NCBI RefSeq assembly: GCF_964213995.1
Contig: NC_135804.1
Span: 59,520,001 to 59,584,000 of the forward strand
DNA: 64,000 nucleotides
Reading direction: 5' to 3'
Source: Mustelus asterias
Taxonomy: Eukaryota
The stretch's first letter is position 1. Every line of letters starts with the position of its first letter. Positions 26,580 through 39,480 of the stretch are shown one piece after another. The notes beneath the pieces are model-generated. The model saw nothing but the letters and a program-made list of their open reading frames with translations. It was not told the origin of the DNA and ran no database searches. Made by a program: the position numbers and the translations under genes.

Positions 26580-27868
26580 GTTAGAACATAGAACAGAGAA
26601 CATTACAGCGCAGAACAGGCCCTTCGGCCCACGATGTTGCACCGACCAGTTAAAAAAAAAAACTGTGACCCTCCAACCTAAACCAATTTCTTTTCGTCCA
26701 TGAACCTATCTACGGATCTCTTAAACGCCCCCAAACTAGGCGCATTTACTACTGATGCTGGCAGGGCATTCCAATCCCTCACCACCCTCTGGGTAAAGAA
26801 CCTACCCCTGACATCGGTTCTATAACTACCCCCCCTCAATTTAAAGCCATGCCCCCTCGTGCTGGATTTCTCCATCAGAGGAAAAAGGCTATCACTATCC
26901 ACCCTATCTAAACCTCTAATCATCTTATATGTTTCAATAAGATCCCCTCTTAGCCGCCGCCGTTCCAGCGAAAACAATCCCAAATCCCTCAGCCTCTCCT
27001 CATAGGATCTCCCCTCCATACCAGGCAACATCCTGGTAAACCTCCTCTGCACCCTCTCCAAAGCCTCCACATCCTTCCTGTAATGTGGGGACCAGAACTG
27101 CACACAGTACTCCAAGTGCGGCCTCACCAGAGTTGTGTACAGTTGCAACATAACGCTACGACTCCTAAATTCAATCCCCCTACCAATAAACGCCAAGACA
27201 CCATATGCCTTCTTAACAACCTTATCTACTTGATTCCCAACTTTCAGGGATCTATGCACACATACACCTAGATCCCTCTGCTCCTCCACACTATTCAAAG
27301 TCCTCCCGTTAGCCCTATACTCAACACATCTGTTATTCCTACCAAAGTGAATTACCTCACACTTCTCCGCATTAAACTCCATCCGCCACCTCTCGGCCCA
27401 ACTTTGCAACCTGTCTAAGTCTTCCTGCAAACTACGACACCCTTCCTCACTGTCTACCACACCACCGACTTTGGTGTCATCAGCAAATTTGCTAATCCAC
27501 CCAACTATACCCTCATCCAGATCATTAATAAATATTACAAACAGCAGTGGCCCCAAAACAGATCCCTGAGGTACACCACTTGTAACCGCACTCCATGATG
27601 AATATTTACTATCAACCACCACCCTCTGTTTCCTATCCGCTAGCCAATTCCTGATCCAATTTCCTAGATCACCCCCAATCCCATACATCTGCATTTTCTG
27701 CAGAAGCCTACCATGGTGAACCTTATCAAACGCCTTACTAAAATCCATATATACCACGTCCACTGCCTTGCCCCCATCCACCTCCTTGGTCACTTTCTCA
27801 AAAAACTCAATAAGGTTAGTAAGGCACGACCTACCTGCCACAAAACCATGCTGACTATCACCTATCAA
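26580..27868 (-). mobile_element. Young 5'-truncated CR1 with uninterrupted RT/C-terminal frame (~400 codons)
   Basis: ORF 26678-27883; (TTCTATG)-type tail at 26582-26603; empty site in unit B at ~50700. Confidence 0.93.
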
Positions 27869-29752
27869 TTGGCCGTGGATCAATCCTCATGTTGAAATTT
27901 TAGGAGGGCTGGCACCTATCTTGATGTATGAATCTCGTCAATTGAAAGTATTTTAAAATTAAATTTAACTCTTGATTTTTAGACGTATCACATTACTTTA
28001 AGTAAATAAACATTTCATGTGTCTTTTTACCGTCGACTTTGGAAATGACTGAGCGAGCCTTTCCTGTTCATAGAATTTAAATCTGAGTTGCATTCCGGTA
28101 TCTTCAACACCAGTCCATGCTGGTTGTATACCTGTCTCTGTAAATATTCCATGAACGAAATAAAAAAAACGAAGAAACGATACATTGTCCACTTTCTTCA
28201 CTTCCGGAGAAAATCTTAAACCGGTACTCTGTTTCCCTCTTCTGGGCATCAGTAGACTGCACAACATCTATTATTTCAGCGAAGGACAAGGAGATCTTCC
28301 GGTCAGCTGTTTCTCAATACTCAGCTCTTAAATTCGAGTATATCTTTGAGAAACCTCCCAACGTTATTTTGTGTTTAGGGTCTAAAACAGCACCTGTTTA
28401 CTCAGTTACAACTAATAACTTTAACATTAATTATTGGTTTTGTGAAATGCTATAGGATGACTGTGTAGGCTTTACGGCGCCACGTCAATGGAAACTCACT
28501 ACTTTCCTTTACAATTGTAAGCGTATAGTCGGGGAAACTTTCACATTATAAAGTGAATGTATTCAGTTCCCACATTTGTACAAACAAATGTCTGAATTTG
28601 AATTGAGAATTCTTAGATATCCATTAAGGTTAAATATTCCATATTTCAATTAATTTTAAAAGCATGTAATCGTTGAGAATATGAGACGCAAATCAATGAG
28701 TGAGAGATAATTGAATATAAATATGACTCAAGCAGGGAGTGATCTCATCAGCTCGCAGAGAGATACCGTCCAGTCAAACGAGTTGTTTCCCGCACTGAAA
28801 CTGGATTAGTTTGAGATGAACCCTGTCGTTAATGCGAAGTGTGTCCGAAATAAAATAACTGCAATTCGCACCAGGAAAGCAAATAACACACGCAATGGTC
28901 GTTTTTCTTCAACTTGATTATCTCTAATGTGGAATCTTGCATAATTTCTGCAGCCTTGACCTGTCGATTAGCATGCGTAACATGCGTGTATTTGCATGTT
29001 TTAATCTGAGCTTTATATGTTGGGGAGATATCCAAGTGAAATATTTCATCTTCACATGATATATGCAGGTGGAAATCATTGCCGAGCGAACAGGAGTGGA
29101 GGCTCCAACAAATGAACACATCTGGTCCACCAGTGTATTTTAAGATCGGCAGATTGCCCTCCGGATATGGCCTGGGCCATATGTGACACTAATCGCACAG
29201 CAATGTGCTTAATTTCAACTGCTTTCCGAAATGCCTTGCAAGCTACTTAGTTGTATCAAAAAGCTGCAGCGAAGATGAAAAATATTAAAAACGTTGAGCG
29301 CTGCCGCGTGGAATTTGAAAAGTCTTGCTGACCAATACCTATGTATTATATACAAAATTGGCAGAACCAAGAGAGCCTGACTTAATCAAACGCACTGCAA
29401 CTCATCTTACAAGCAATATCCGGGCGTACACACTGTCCCACCAGCAGAAAATGCTCATCAGTCGTGGCATCTTTGTAGTTTACAGTCAGCAGGGTATGAC
29501 CATAGACGTCCTCAGCATTGGCACTCTGCTGCTCGAAGTCCAATGATACCTGATCAATTGCAGCCAAGCAAAACCTCTGCCTGCTTATAGCATGCTGACC
29601 CCTCTCAGGTGAAGAACCAGAGTTCTTTCCTGTTGAACACTACTTGAAAGGACACTAAAAATAGAGGAAACAGAATGTATTCTGCATCGAAGATGTCAAT
29701 ATGTTTCACCAAGAATGGCTCGATAAATGCCCACTTTTTCCATGTTAATTTT

Positions 29753-30071
29753 CATAGAATCCTGCAATGCAGAAGAAGGCCATTTGGCCCATTGAGTCTG
29801 CACCGACCAAAATCCCACCCAGGCCCTATCACCATAACCCCATGCATTTACACTCGCTAGTCCCCATGACACTAAGGGGCAATTTAGCATGGCAATCCAC
29901 CTAACCCGCACATCTTTGGATTGAGGGAGGAAACAGGAGCACCCGGGGGAAACCTACGCAGATACGGGGAGAACGTACAAACTCCACACAGACAGTGACC
30001 CAAGTCAGGAATCGAACCCCGGTCCCAATTTCTGTGAGGCAGCAATGCTAACCACTGTGCCACTGTGCCGC
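29753..30071 (-). mobile_element. HE1-type SINE
   Basis: Reverse complement of the 14813 element. Confidence 0.88.
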
Positions 30072-31139
30072 ATAAGTCCTCACCCTTTGGCAGGTGAAGC
30101 CCTCGTGAATATTCAAAACTTGGGGCCCAATGGTGTAATTTAAGCCACGATGTTATTTTGACCCTGAGCCATGTGAAATGCTCACAGTGCTAACCCTGCC
30201 CAGGGACTCTGCTGAAACAGGGGTCCTGGACCTGCAAAGAGCCCAGGTGAGTAAAAACATTTCATGATTTGAAAGTTTTCTTGTGGGCCTGGGGGAGTTG
30301 AAGTGCTCCTCCGGTCCTCATAAGGAACCCCAGGGCGTCTGCTGACCAGGATTTCCTTTCTCCTCATGTGATTGCCACCCGCTCAGATCTCTGCCATCAT
30401 TTACCAGTTTCCACTTGTCGCTGGTGACGATCTCTGGCCACATGATTTCCCACTTCCCAATATTGGCTGTTTCTGTAAATTGTATGTATGGGTTCGTCAT
30501 CATTCGCCCTCCAATGGTCTTACTCAATTGCAAGTCACATGCTTGATTTCTCCTTCTAAATCCATGACCAAACCCAAGTGCGCACTCTTTCACTGAAATT
30601 GGAATGTAGACATCCTTGAATGATTGAATTTAAGCTGGTGAAATGAGACTATAAAAGATTCAGATGTTGACAGTGTCGTTTTCTCTGTCAATGAATGTGA
30701 GCAGAGCCCCGCCTCAGAGGCTTATAACATAATGTCCCGTGTCTGCAGCATTGCTGTACACTGGGCGCCTGAGCACCGTATTATCATTATAAACTATGCT
30801 TCAAGCTGGCTCACTATCCATCTCATTTTATAAGTGCAAATTGGAAGTGCCTTTGGTATTCGCAGACTGTGCATTGTTGTGTTTAAGATGCTGACCAAAG
30901 TGCCAATGTAAACAGATTCCCTAATGTGTTCAGATTGATGATTTAAGCATTTGAAGATCGCTTCAAATGCTGTGTACCCACTTAATGGGAGGTGAAGTCT
31001 TCAATTTGGCCCAGAAGTGCACCCCAGCCGTCCAGGCCTAGTTGGGCTTGCGTTTGGTGGACCTGGCCCGGAACAAGATCTGCTCGCACATTCACTGTGG
31101 CCCCACACATTGGAAGAAACCTGCACCATGAATCAGACG

Positions 31140-31325
31140 GGACGCGATGGCACAGTGGTTCTGCATCACAGCGCCAGGGATCCGGGTTGAATTCCAAGGT
31201 TGGATGTCTCTCTGTGTGGAGTTTGCACGTTATCCCCATGTCTGCGTGGGTTTCCTCCTGGTGCTCCAGTTTCTTCCCACATTCCAAAGATGTGCAGGTT
31301 ACGTGGATTGCCATGCTAAATTGCC
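31140..31325 (+). mobile_element. HE1-type SINE, 3'-truncated
   Basis: tRNA head plus V domain. Confidence 0.75.
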
Positions 31326-31344
31326 TTATGAACAGTTGAGTTCC

Positions 31345-33440
31345 CATCACTGATCCCTATGACACAACACTCGTTACATCTTGCCACCCTGAAAAGGATC
31401 CTTTCATGCCATTCTCTGCTTCCTGTTACCCAGCCAATATTCCATCCATGCTAATATTTACCCCTCTATAACATGCACAATTATTTTCCACAATTATCTT
31501 TAATATGGCACTTAATCAAATGCCTTCTGGGAATTTAAGCACAGTACAGCAGCAGGTTGTCCTTCATCCATAGCACGGGCTACTTCCACAAACGTCTCCA
31601 ATAAGTTGATTGAACATTATTTCCCTTTCATGAAACCATGTTGACACTGTCCAAAAACATTGAGCTGATACAGGCGCCCTGCTGTAACTTCTTTAATAAT
31701 AACTTCTAAAATTTTCCCTAGGACCGTTGTCTGGTCGGTAATTTCTCAACTTCTGCCTGTTTCCCTTTTTAAGTAATGGAGTTACATTTGCTACCTTTAA
31801 ATCTAATACGACCTTCCCCAAACTTAGGGAGTTTTGGAAAATTAAATCCAATGCATCAACTGTCTCGCTACACATTTCGTTAAACACCCAGAACGAACTC
31901 CATTAGGGTCTCTACTCACGTCAGCCCGCAGCTCCAACGTGTTTGCTCGGTATGAATTATCTGGTGACTGTAAATATTTTCAATTTCTCCCTTCCTTCCA
32001 TTTTGTAGTTTAAAACTGATGTTGGTATGTTACTTCCATTCTCTATAGTGAGGACTTTTCAATTCATCTTCCATCTACTTATTTTCCATTATCAATTCCA
32101 GAGGCTCACTTTCTATGGTAACACTTTTCACTTTGTTAACACTTCACTTCTTTCAATATTTACGAAAGCTCATTCCATCTGTTTGTATATTTTGGCTAAT
32201 TTGCATTAGGTTCCCCCTTCTTAATCTTTTAGTCGTCCCTTACTGTTTCTGATGTTTCTACGAATCTTCTGATCTGCCACCTATCTTTGCACAATTATAT
32301 GGTTTCATTTAAAGTTTGATACCATCTTTAACCTTTCCAGTTAATCATGGATGGTGGGCTCGTCCCTTGGATTTTTCACACTCATTGGAATATCCCTATT
32401 CTGTGCATTCTGAAATATTCCCTTAAACAATTGCCACTGCATCTCTGATGCCCTATCACTTGACCTATTTTGCCAATCCGCTTTAGCCAGCATAGCGTCC
32501 ATGCCCTCACAGCTGTCCTTAGTTTAAAACAACCTTTATCCTTCAAACTGAATGGAAAATTCACTCATTGAATCCATACAGTGCAGAAGGAGGCCATTCT
32601 TCCCACTGAGCCTGCACCGCCATTCTGACAGTGTATTTTGCCCAGGCCCTCACCCCGCCCTATCCCCGTAACGCTACGTGATTTACCATGGCTAATCCAT
32701 CTAACCTACATATCTTGGGACACTAAGAGGCAATTTAGCATGGCCAATGCACCTAAGCTGCAAAACCTTGGACTGTGCGAGGAAACTAGAGTACCCGCAG
32801 GAAACCCCCACAGACACAAAGAGAATGCGCAAACGTCACACAGGCAGTCACGCATGGCGAGAATTGAATCCGGGTCCTTGCCGCTGTGAAGCAGCAGTGC
32901 TAACCATTGTGCCATCATGCTGCCCATATCATATCATGGTTGCTGATACCTCAGGGTGCCTTCGCAATGAGAGCATTAATTGCTCCAATCTCGTTGCACA
33001 ATACCAGGCCTAGCATAGCCTTGTCTCTGGTTGGCTGCGGAACATATTATTCTAAGCAACTTTCCAAAAGGTATTAAATGAACACCTCAATCAGGCTACC
33101 TTTGTCCTTCTGACTTTTCTCGCCCATATGTAAACTAAAATCTTCCACGATTACCATCGTACCTCTATGAGAAGCTCCAATTATTTTCCCTTTATACTCC
33201 ACCCGACCATGTGGTTACTGTTCGAGGGCCTGTACACAACTCCCACAAGTGACTTCTTACATTTACCATTTCTCAACTCGAGCCAAATCGTTTCAACGTC
33301 CTGGTTTTCTGAATTGAGGTAATCTGTTCTATTGTGTTCATACAACCTTTAACTAATAGAACCACCCCTTTACATTTTCCAGGCTTCCTGTCGTCTCGAA
33401 ATATCCTTTGCCTTTCATTAGTCAGTTTTCAAATCATGTC
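31345..33440 (-). mobile_element. Degraded CR1 interrupted by an HE1 SINE
   Basis: ANVTPLLKKG..NYRP motif at 31693-31887. Confidence 0.7.
32570..32925 (-). mobile_element. HE1-type SINE
   Basis: tRNA head, V domain and tail on the minus strand. Confidence 0.8.
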
Positions 33441-34939
33441 CTGCTGCGGTCATGCCCCTGTAGATCCTCCAAATTCGGTGGCAAGAATGGTGATCCAACC
33501 ACAGCATCATCTCCCAAGGTACATATTGAACGTCGAGGCACTAATCACTCCAAATTTGTTCCGCCCGACGGCACATAACCGTTCTTCTGGGAAATCGATC
33601 TCTGCAGGAATCTCCCAGAATAGATCCCGAGGAGGAGAGCAGACGCATTTTTTGGATGTTCCGAAAGATTCGCAGATGGGTCAAATATGCCGACTGACTC
33701 ATGTGTGAACCTGGCTTTTGAGTAACGAAAATTCAGAAGATTCTTTGGTAATGAACCAAGAACATCGGGCGCATTCATCGCCATGTGCACAGTCGCATTT
33801 GAGGCCGCGCAGAAAGCGCTGTAACCTCCAGGCAACTTATCTAATCAATCCCTCAGGATCATCCTCTCCACATGTGTCTGAGTCTGCAGATCACATCTTG
33901 GGCTTATCAACCATCTGAGAACCTATCGACCTGCAGTAGGAACAAGTCGCCCTTGATCCCGAAAGACTATCTAAGGGAAACAGAAAAAGAACATTGCGGG
34001 AGCAGCTGACCTTCAATATGATCTGCATTTCCATCATTCACCAGAACTCGACCAAGCATCCCAGATGTTGTACATGATAATCTAACTGTAGAATCTCTAC
34101 ATTGCAGAAGGAGGTTATTCGGCCCACTGAGTCTGCACCGTCTCTCAGAAACAGGATCATACACAGGCCTCCCCGCTGCCCGATACCCGCAAATTCATCA
34201 AATCTGATCTTGGATGACAAACAGCAAAACCATTTTAACCAATTTGAATTTCAGTAATCTAATTTCAATCTGCTACATTGTAGCTGGGTGTCAATAAACA
34301 ATTGATTCAGACATGATTTTTGAAGCATGTGTGCGTCTTCTGGATTGAAAATAACTCTGGTCTGATTGCCTCATATTCTCATTCGTACAGTTTGAATACG
34401 TAGTTGGTTTTAAGAACTAAACCATAATAAACCTGAAGGAATAACCTTTCTGTCGGTGTTTACTGATAATAGGCTTTTCCAACAAGGATCAAATTTGCAA
34501 CACTAATTGTTCTGCCGTGACACTTTTTAAAAAGTGAACAAGTTGTTCAGCGATTGCTTGCATTTAATTATATTTTATATTCGATTTACTTTTCTAATGA
34601 TCACAGACAGAATAATGTTATTCGGCCTGAAGTGCCTGTGCGTGTTTAATCGATTTCCGCACTCCAATTTTATCCCAATAACCCGTCAAATTAGTCTTCC
34701 TCAGGTGCATGTCCAACTGCCTTTAGAAATTCCCTCTGAAATCCAATTCCACTCTTCTTTCAGGTAACGCATTCCAAAACTTAAATCTTTGTTTGAACCG
34801 AAATCTCTTAATTTCCTTTCAGGTCACCTTTCGAACTATTTTGGCATATTTCTGTGGCCTCTGGTTACTGACCCAATCGTTTCAAACTGGAGGTGTATAA
34901 TTCGGGTCTGAATTGTTTTGATCTGGTGGCGTATTGCAA

Positions 34940-36079
34940 CATATTTCAGGCAGTCAGCATGTTCGAATTATCACGTATTCTATTTGACTGTCGCGGTGCA
35001 GAGAAGATTTTGACCGTTTGGTTTATGCAGCTCTCAAATTTATTTGTAACAGCGGGACAGGTGCGCGACGCTCCCCTGCAAATAACAAGTTGTGGTCTAT
35101 TACTTCATTTCTCCATAGCAACAGTACAATTTTAAATATAGCTCATTGCAACATTGTGCGATACCGCCACATATATATCAACAAGAGTCACGATCACAAT
35201 CAACCACCTGCATTTTATTTCTTTGCATCCATACATAAATTCTTCTATCCTGAAGACGGAATATCGGAGCCTTTCTTATATTTTTCGAAATTATGCAAAT
35301 AAAACATTAATCGCAGCCGTTTTTGCTATCCCTCTACGACAGAGACGTTACATAACTTCCACGCGGTTTCTCCATAGATTACAACACTCTTCCGCTTATC
35401 ATATCGGACCCAGAAATGTTTTTGTTGGCCAGTAAGGTAGAATTAGCATACAACTGAATTTCCCGCAATTGTAAGTGCTTTGGCTGGAATGCACCTGCTT
35501 AAGGTTGCTCATTTTACTGTACTTTAGACTATATTTCACTCCGCTCTGCTGCAGCAGACGGGATGCTCATGGGCCTGAGTCGCAATGTATTGAATCACTG
35601 TATCTTACCGTCGAGAATCCACACGTGAAGGCGTTCAGGTAGCAGGAAAGGCTGTACCACTTTCAACTGTCATTGTAGCTGCTGCCCTCAAGACAGGTAG
35701 ACATTGAATGAAGTGTCTTTGGTGGTCACTGACTAATTAGACGTTGATTGAACGAATGCCTTTTACTGATTAGGGTCACTGAATGGTGCATGAGGTCTTG
35801 ACGGCCACTTATGTGTGGCATGTTCTATACAGCCTATTTCATCGATGGCCCTGAGTACAATTAACGTCTCCGCCTGGTGCCCTGGAGGGTTTACACATAA
35901 TCGCTGACCCTCTTGAGAATAGCATTGGTCACTCCTTGATGCTACGGAGAATTGTAGCCTGTGAGATCCGCATCTTCCCAGTAATTTCATGAAAGGTACG
36001 GACCCATGGACATTGTGAGGAATTGTGCTCTTCTGAGACACTGCAATTCGAGTCGCCCAAACCCAATTGGTCCAGCTCG
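34940..36079 (-). pseudogene. Decayed intron-less relic of an SRCR-EGF-ZP domain protein (probable processed pseudogene)
   Basis: Hand translation with frameshifts gives AGPIG/LGDSNCSVSEEHNSSQCP..WEDADLTG (SRCR C-terminal half, 36079-35957), DQCYSQEGQRLCVNPPG..DEIGCIE (EGF-like, 35930-35823) and QDLM..VTLISK..TLH..TCLEG..W..LNAFTCG (ZP-N-like, 35812-35609), then weaker KFSC, RIYV and LH(R)D ZP-like motifs. Stops and frameshifts are present. Confidence 0.5.
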
Positions 36080-37979
36080 AATTGAGGGAGAGTGAATAAA
36101 CTAATGATGACCTCTATGGATAGCCTCTATAGATCAATCCCAAGCCATGTGGTTTTCCCATTCCCTTGGAACATGGGGACATACAATATAAGAGCAGGAA
36201 TAAGCAGTTCAGCCCCTCGAGCCTGTTGCACCACTGAGTAAATCATGGCTGATCTCATCTCGGCCTCATTTCCAGCTTCCCGAATTAAAAGCCCATTTTT
36301 CTCCTCCTGAAATTTGTTTAGTGTTGCGTCATCCATTGCAATCTGCGCGACGCTTTGAGTGAAGTAATTCCTCCTCATTCTTGTTTTAAATCTGCCACGC
36401 CTTAACCTACAACTATGGCCTGACCTTCCAGAATGCGCAACATTTTGGCACTATCCCTTGCACTATCTTTACAGTCCACCTCAGCCAAAACCTTCCTCTT
36501 GAAATTATTTTAGGAGAAAGTATAACCCCCTCCCCACCACGCCATGTTCACCTACCCCTCCACCAACTCCCTCCCCCACCAGCCTCCCCCACCCCCAGTA
36601 CCACCACCATTCAGCAGCATTTGCGTTGCTGGCGCTGTTACTCGGTTGCAACGAATCGGACACTTGGGGAATAACTACTGGTTATGGTGCATTTGGATTT
36701 AAAATAAATAGTTTATGAGGCTCTATTTGTTAAACTATTAAAACTGGAGATCGGGGGATGGTCATTTTATAAAAGCGTCGCTTAAAGATTTATCAATGGA
36801 CAGTAAAAAGATGTTATGAATATATTGGCTTTTTTGGGTTGGTAGGCTATAAGGTACATTGCACCACAAAGACCAGCACATGATCTTAACCATTTATAAA
36901 GCATGTTAGCGACACAGAGGATGGGACTGAATGTAAAAGATCCAAGTTTACAGGCGATACCGAGTTACATGACAAAGCAAGTTGTGAAGAGGATGCTAAA
37001 TTGCTGTAAAGGAATATAAACTGAAATGCGTGATAAATAAGAATGGCAGATGGCATATAAGGTGAGGGAATGTAAAGCTATCCACTTTGGATTTAAAAAT
37101 ATGAAAAGCAGAAAATTGTATTAACAGCGAGACAATGATAAATGTATGTATTCAAGAGACTTGGGTGTCCTTGATCATGAATCACAGAAAGTTAAGATGC
37201 AAGTCCCTAATTGCAGGAAACAATGCTCGCCCTTTTGCAACAGGTTTCCTACTATTCTCAGTGTCCTTTTGACACAAATCTACCATTCCTGGAGGACTGT
37301 GTGTAATTTCCATCTTCCCATCTACGCTAAGCTTAGATGGGCTGGAATCGAGTTCATGAACTGATTCCTGTGATGAGGGTGTTGTCCTATGAGAGAGAAA
37401 ATAATAGACTCGGCCTTCATTCTCCATAAATGAGAAGAGTAAGTGGATTGCACATTGAAATTTACAAATTATTAAGGAGATCCTCAGGCTAGGTACCTGA
37501 AAGATGCTTCCCCTTACTGCGGAATACAAAACTAAGAGTTACAGACTCAGGATAAATGACCAGTCATTTAGGGCTGAGTTGACAGGAAGTATCGTTACTC
37601 CAAGGTTGCGTCAATTTATGCTTCAAGAATAGGGGAACCATTTCCTGTACAAACGCAGTATCAGTCTAAGTGTGTGCTGTTATACTAAATAAACAAGTTT
37701 GCTTGCCACAGGCTAAAAATACTGTGCAGTTCTTAATAAAGAGCAAGTTCTTGAATCCATTTTTATGTATCAACTATTGACGCTGGGCAACATGCTTTTG
37801 GCGAGTCAGTGAATGATGAATGTATAGAATCAGGCTATTTCGGTAAATGAAGCTCCCAACTCCTTTGATCTCTGAAGCTGCGAATAATTGATTGCAATTT
37901 TCTTTGTTAAACACCAAGAAATATTTTCTGAACCATGTGCTGAAGAAATTTCTTACCCCATGCATCTGTCAGAACAATG

Positions 37980-39480
37980 TGTCTGGGATTAAGGGAATTT
38001 ATTCCCTCAGAGCATTGCGAATCTTTGGAACATTCTACCCCCGAGAACAGTGGAGGCTAAGTCATTGAATTACTGAATTGGACAAATTTCGAACTTTCGG
38101 GAAGACAACGGTCGTGAAACAATGTCAGGAAAGTGGAGTTGAGGTCAAGGTCCATGATCTTATTGCATGAAGCAGCAACAGAATTTCACATAGCTGCAGT
38201 CTATAACCTGATGTATTGGCATATTCCCCACTCTAACATTGCGATCAAGCCGCAGTACCAACCCTGATTCAATGAAGAGTACAATAAGGCATCCCTGTTG
38301 GGATTAACTAAGTGGAACATTGTGCCATACAAACATTGGACTTAGGTGCAGGAGAAAGCCATGCTGCTGGTCTAGCCTGCTCCACCGTTCAATAAAATCA
38401 AACTGGTCTGGTTATGGCCTCAACTGCACGTTGCTATCTGTCCCAAATAAATCTTAACTTGGTCTTGAATAATTTCAGTGATACAGCCTCTGCTGCCCTT
38501 TGGGAAGACAATTCCACGAACTAACGTCACTCTAGCAGAAATTAAAAAAAAACCTTATCCTCTTTAAAATGGAGACCACCCACAGTTCTCGTGTGCACCA
38601 CAACTGACAACAGCCTCTTGGTGTCTAACAAGTCAAGCACCCCCAGGGTCTTATGAATTTCTATAAGATAAGCTTTCATCTTCTGATCGCCAATGGGTAT
38701 AAGCCGAATTTGTTTCACCTTTCTTCATAGGATAAGCGCTTCATCACAAGAATGAATCGAGTGAACGCTCTCGCTACTGCGTCTGACACAATTATATATG
38801 CTTTTTAAAAATGAGATCAAAACTATACACCGTATTTCCGATGTGGTCTCACTAATGTTTCGGATGATGAATGGGGTGCTCGTCAAACTTACGAGTTTGA
38901 TATGAATGAAATTCTGATTTTTGAGCGTGGTTCGACCTGAACTCATCCAGGAATATAGTGCCTGCGCCATTACACGTTTGGCATGTGCTTCTTAGATGGG
39001 AGACAGGCTATCTTGCAGCCAGGGTGTGAGAAACGCCCCGCGGAATTCATAGCTTCTGGCTTGTTTTTTGAGTTTCACCATTTACTTGGTTGTTGCCGTT
39101 AGGTCTCTGATCAATGCTGAGCCCCAGCAGGTTGACGATTTGAGATTCAGCGACGGTAATGCCGCTAAGTGCCAAGAGCACATCGTTAAGATTACTTTTG
39201 TTGGACTTGGTCCTTGCTTGACACTCATGTGGTTCGATGTGAAATGTCACTCATCAGCCGAAGGGTGTATGCTGCCAAGGTCATTCTGCAAATGGATACG
39301 GACTGCTTCGTTATCTGAGGAGATGTAAATGGACGTAAATACTTTGCAATCATCAGCGAATATCCCATTGCTGACAAATGGGTACATCTACACTACATGT
39401 ACTGCAGAGGTTGAAGAAGGCTGCTCACGAGCAGGCGCAATTACGAGTTGTCACCAGACAGCGACGTCCACATCCCTTGA
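37980..39480. mobile_element. Cluster of degraded CR1/other LINE fragments in both orientations
   Basis: CR1 3' UTR/RT remnants at ~37980-38170 (+) and ~38310-38860 (-); another LINE remnant ~38860-39480. Confidence 0.5.

Larger units (their letters stand above)
5100..29300 (+). repeat. Tandem segmental duplication unit A
   Basis: Colinear non-coding homology to unit B, e.g. 6890-7330~39990-40420, 9000-9400~41660-42100, 21420-22800~47770-49080, 26000-26575~50120-50700, 27870-29130~50700-52400. Confidence 0.85.
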
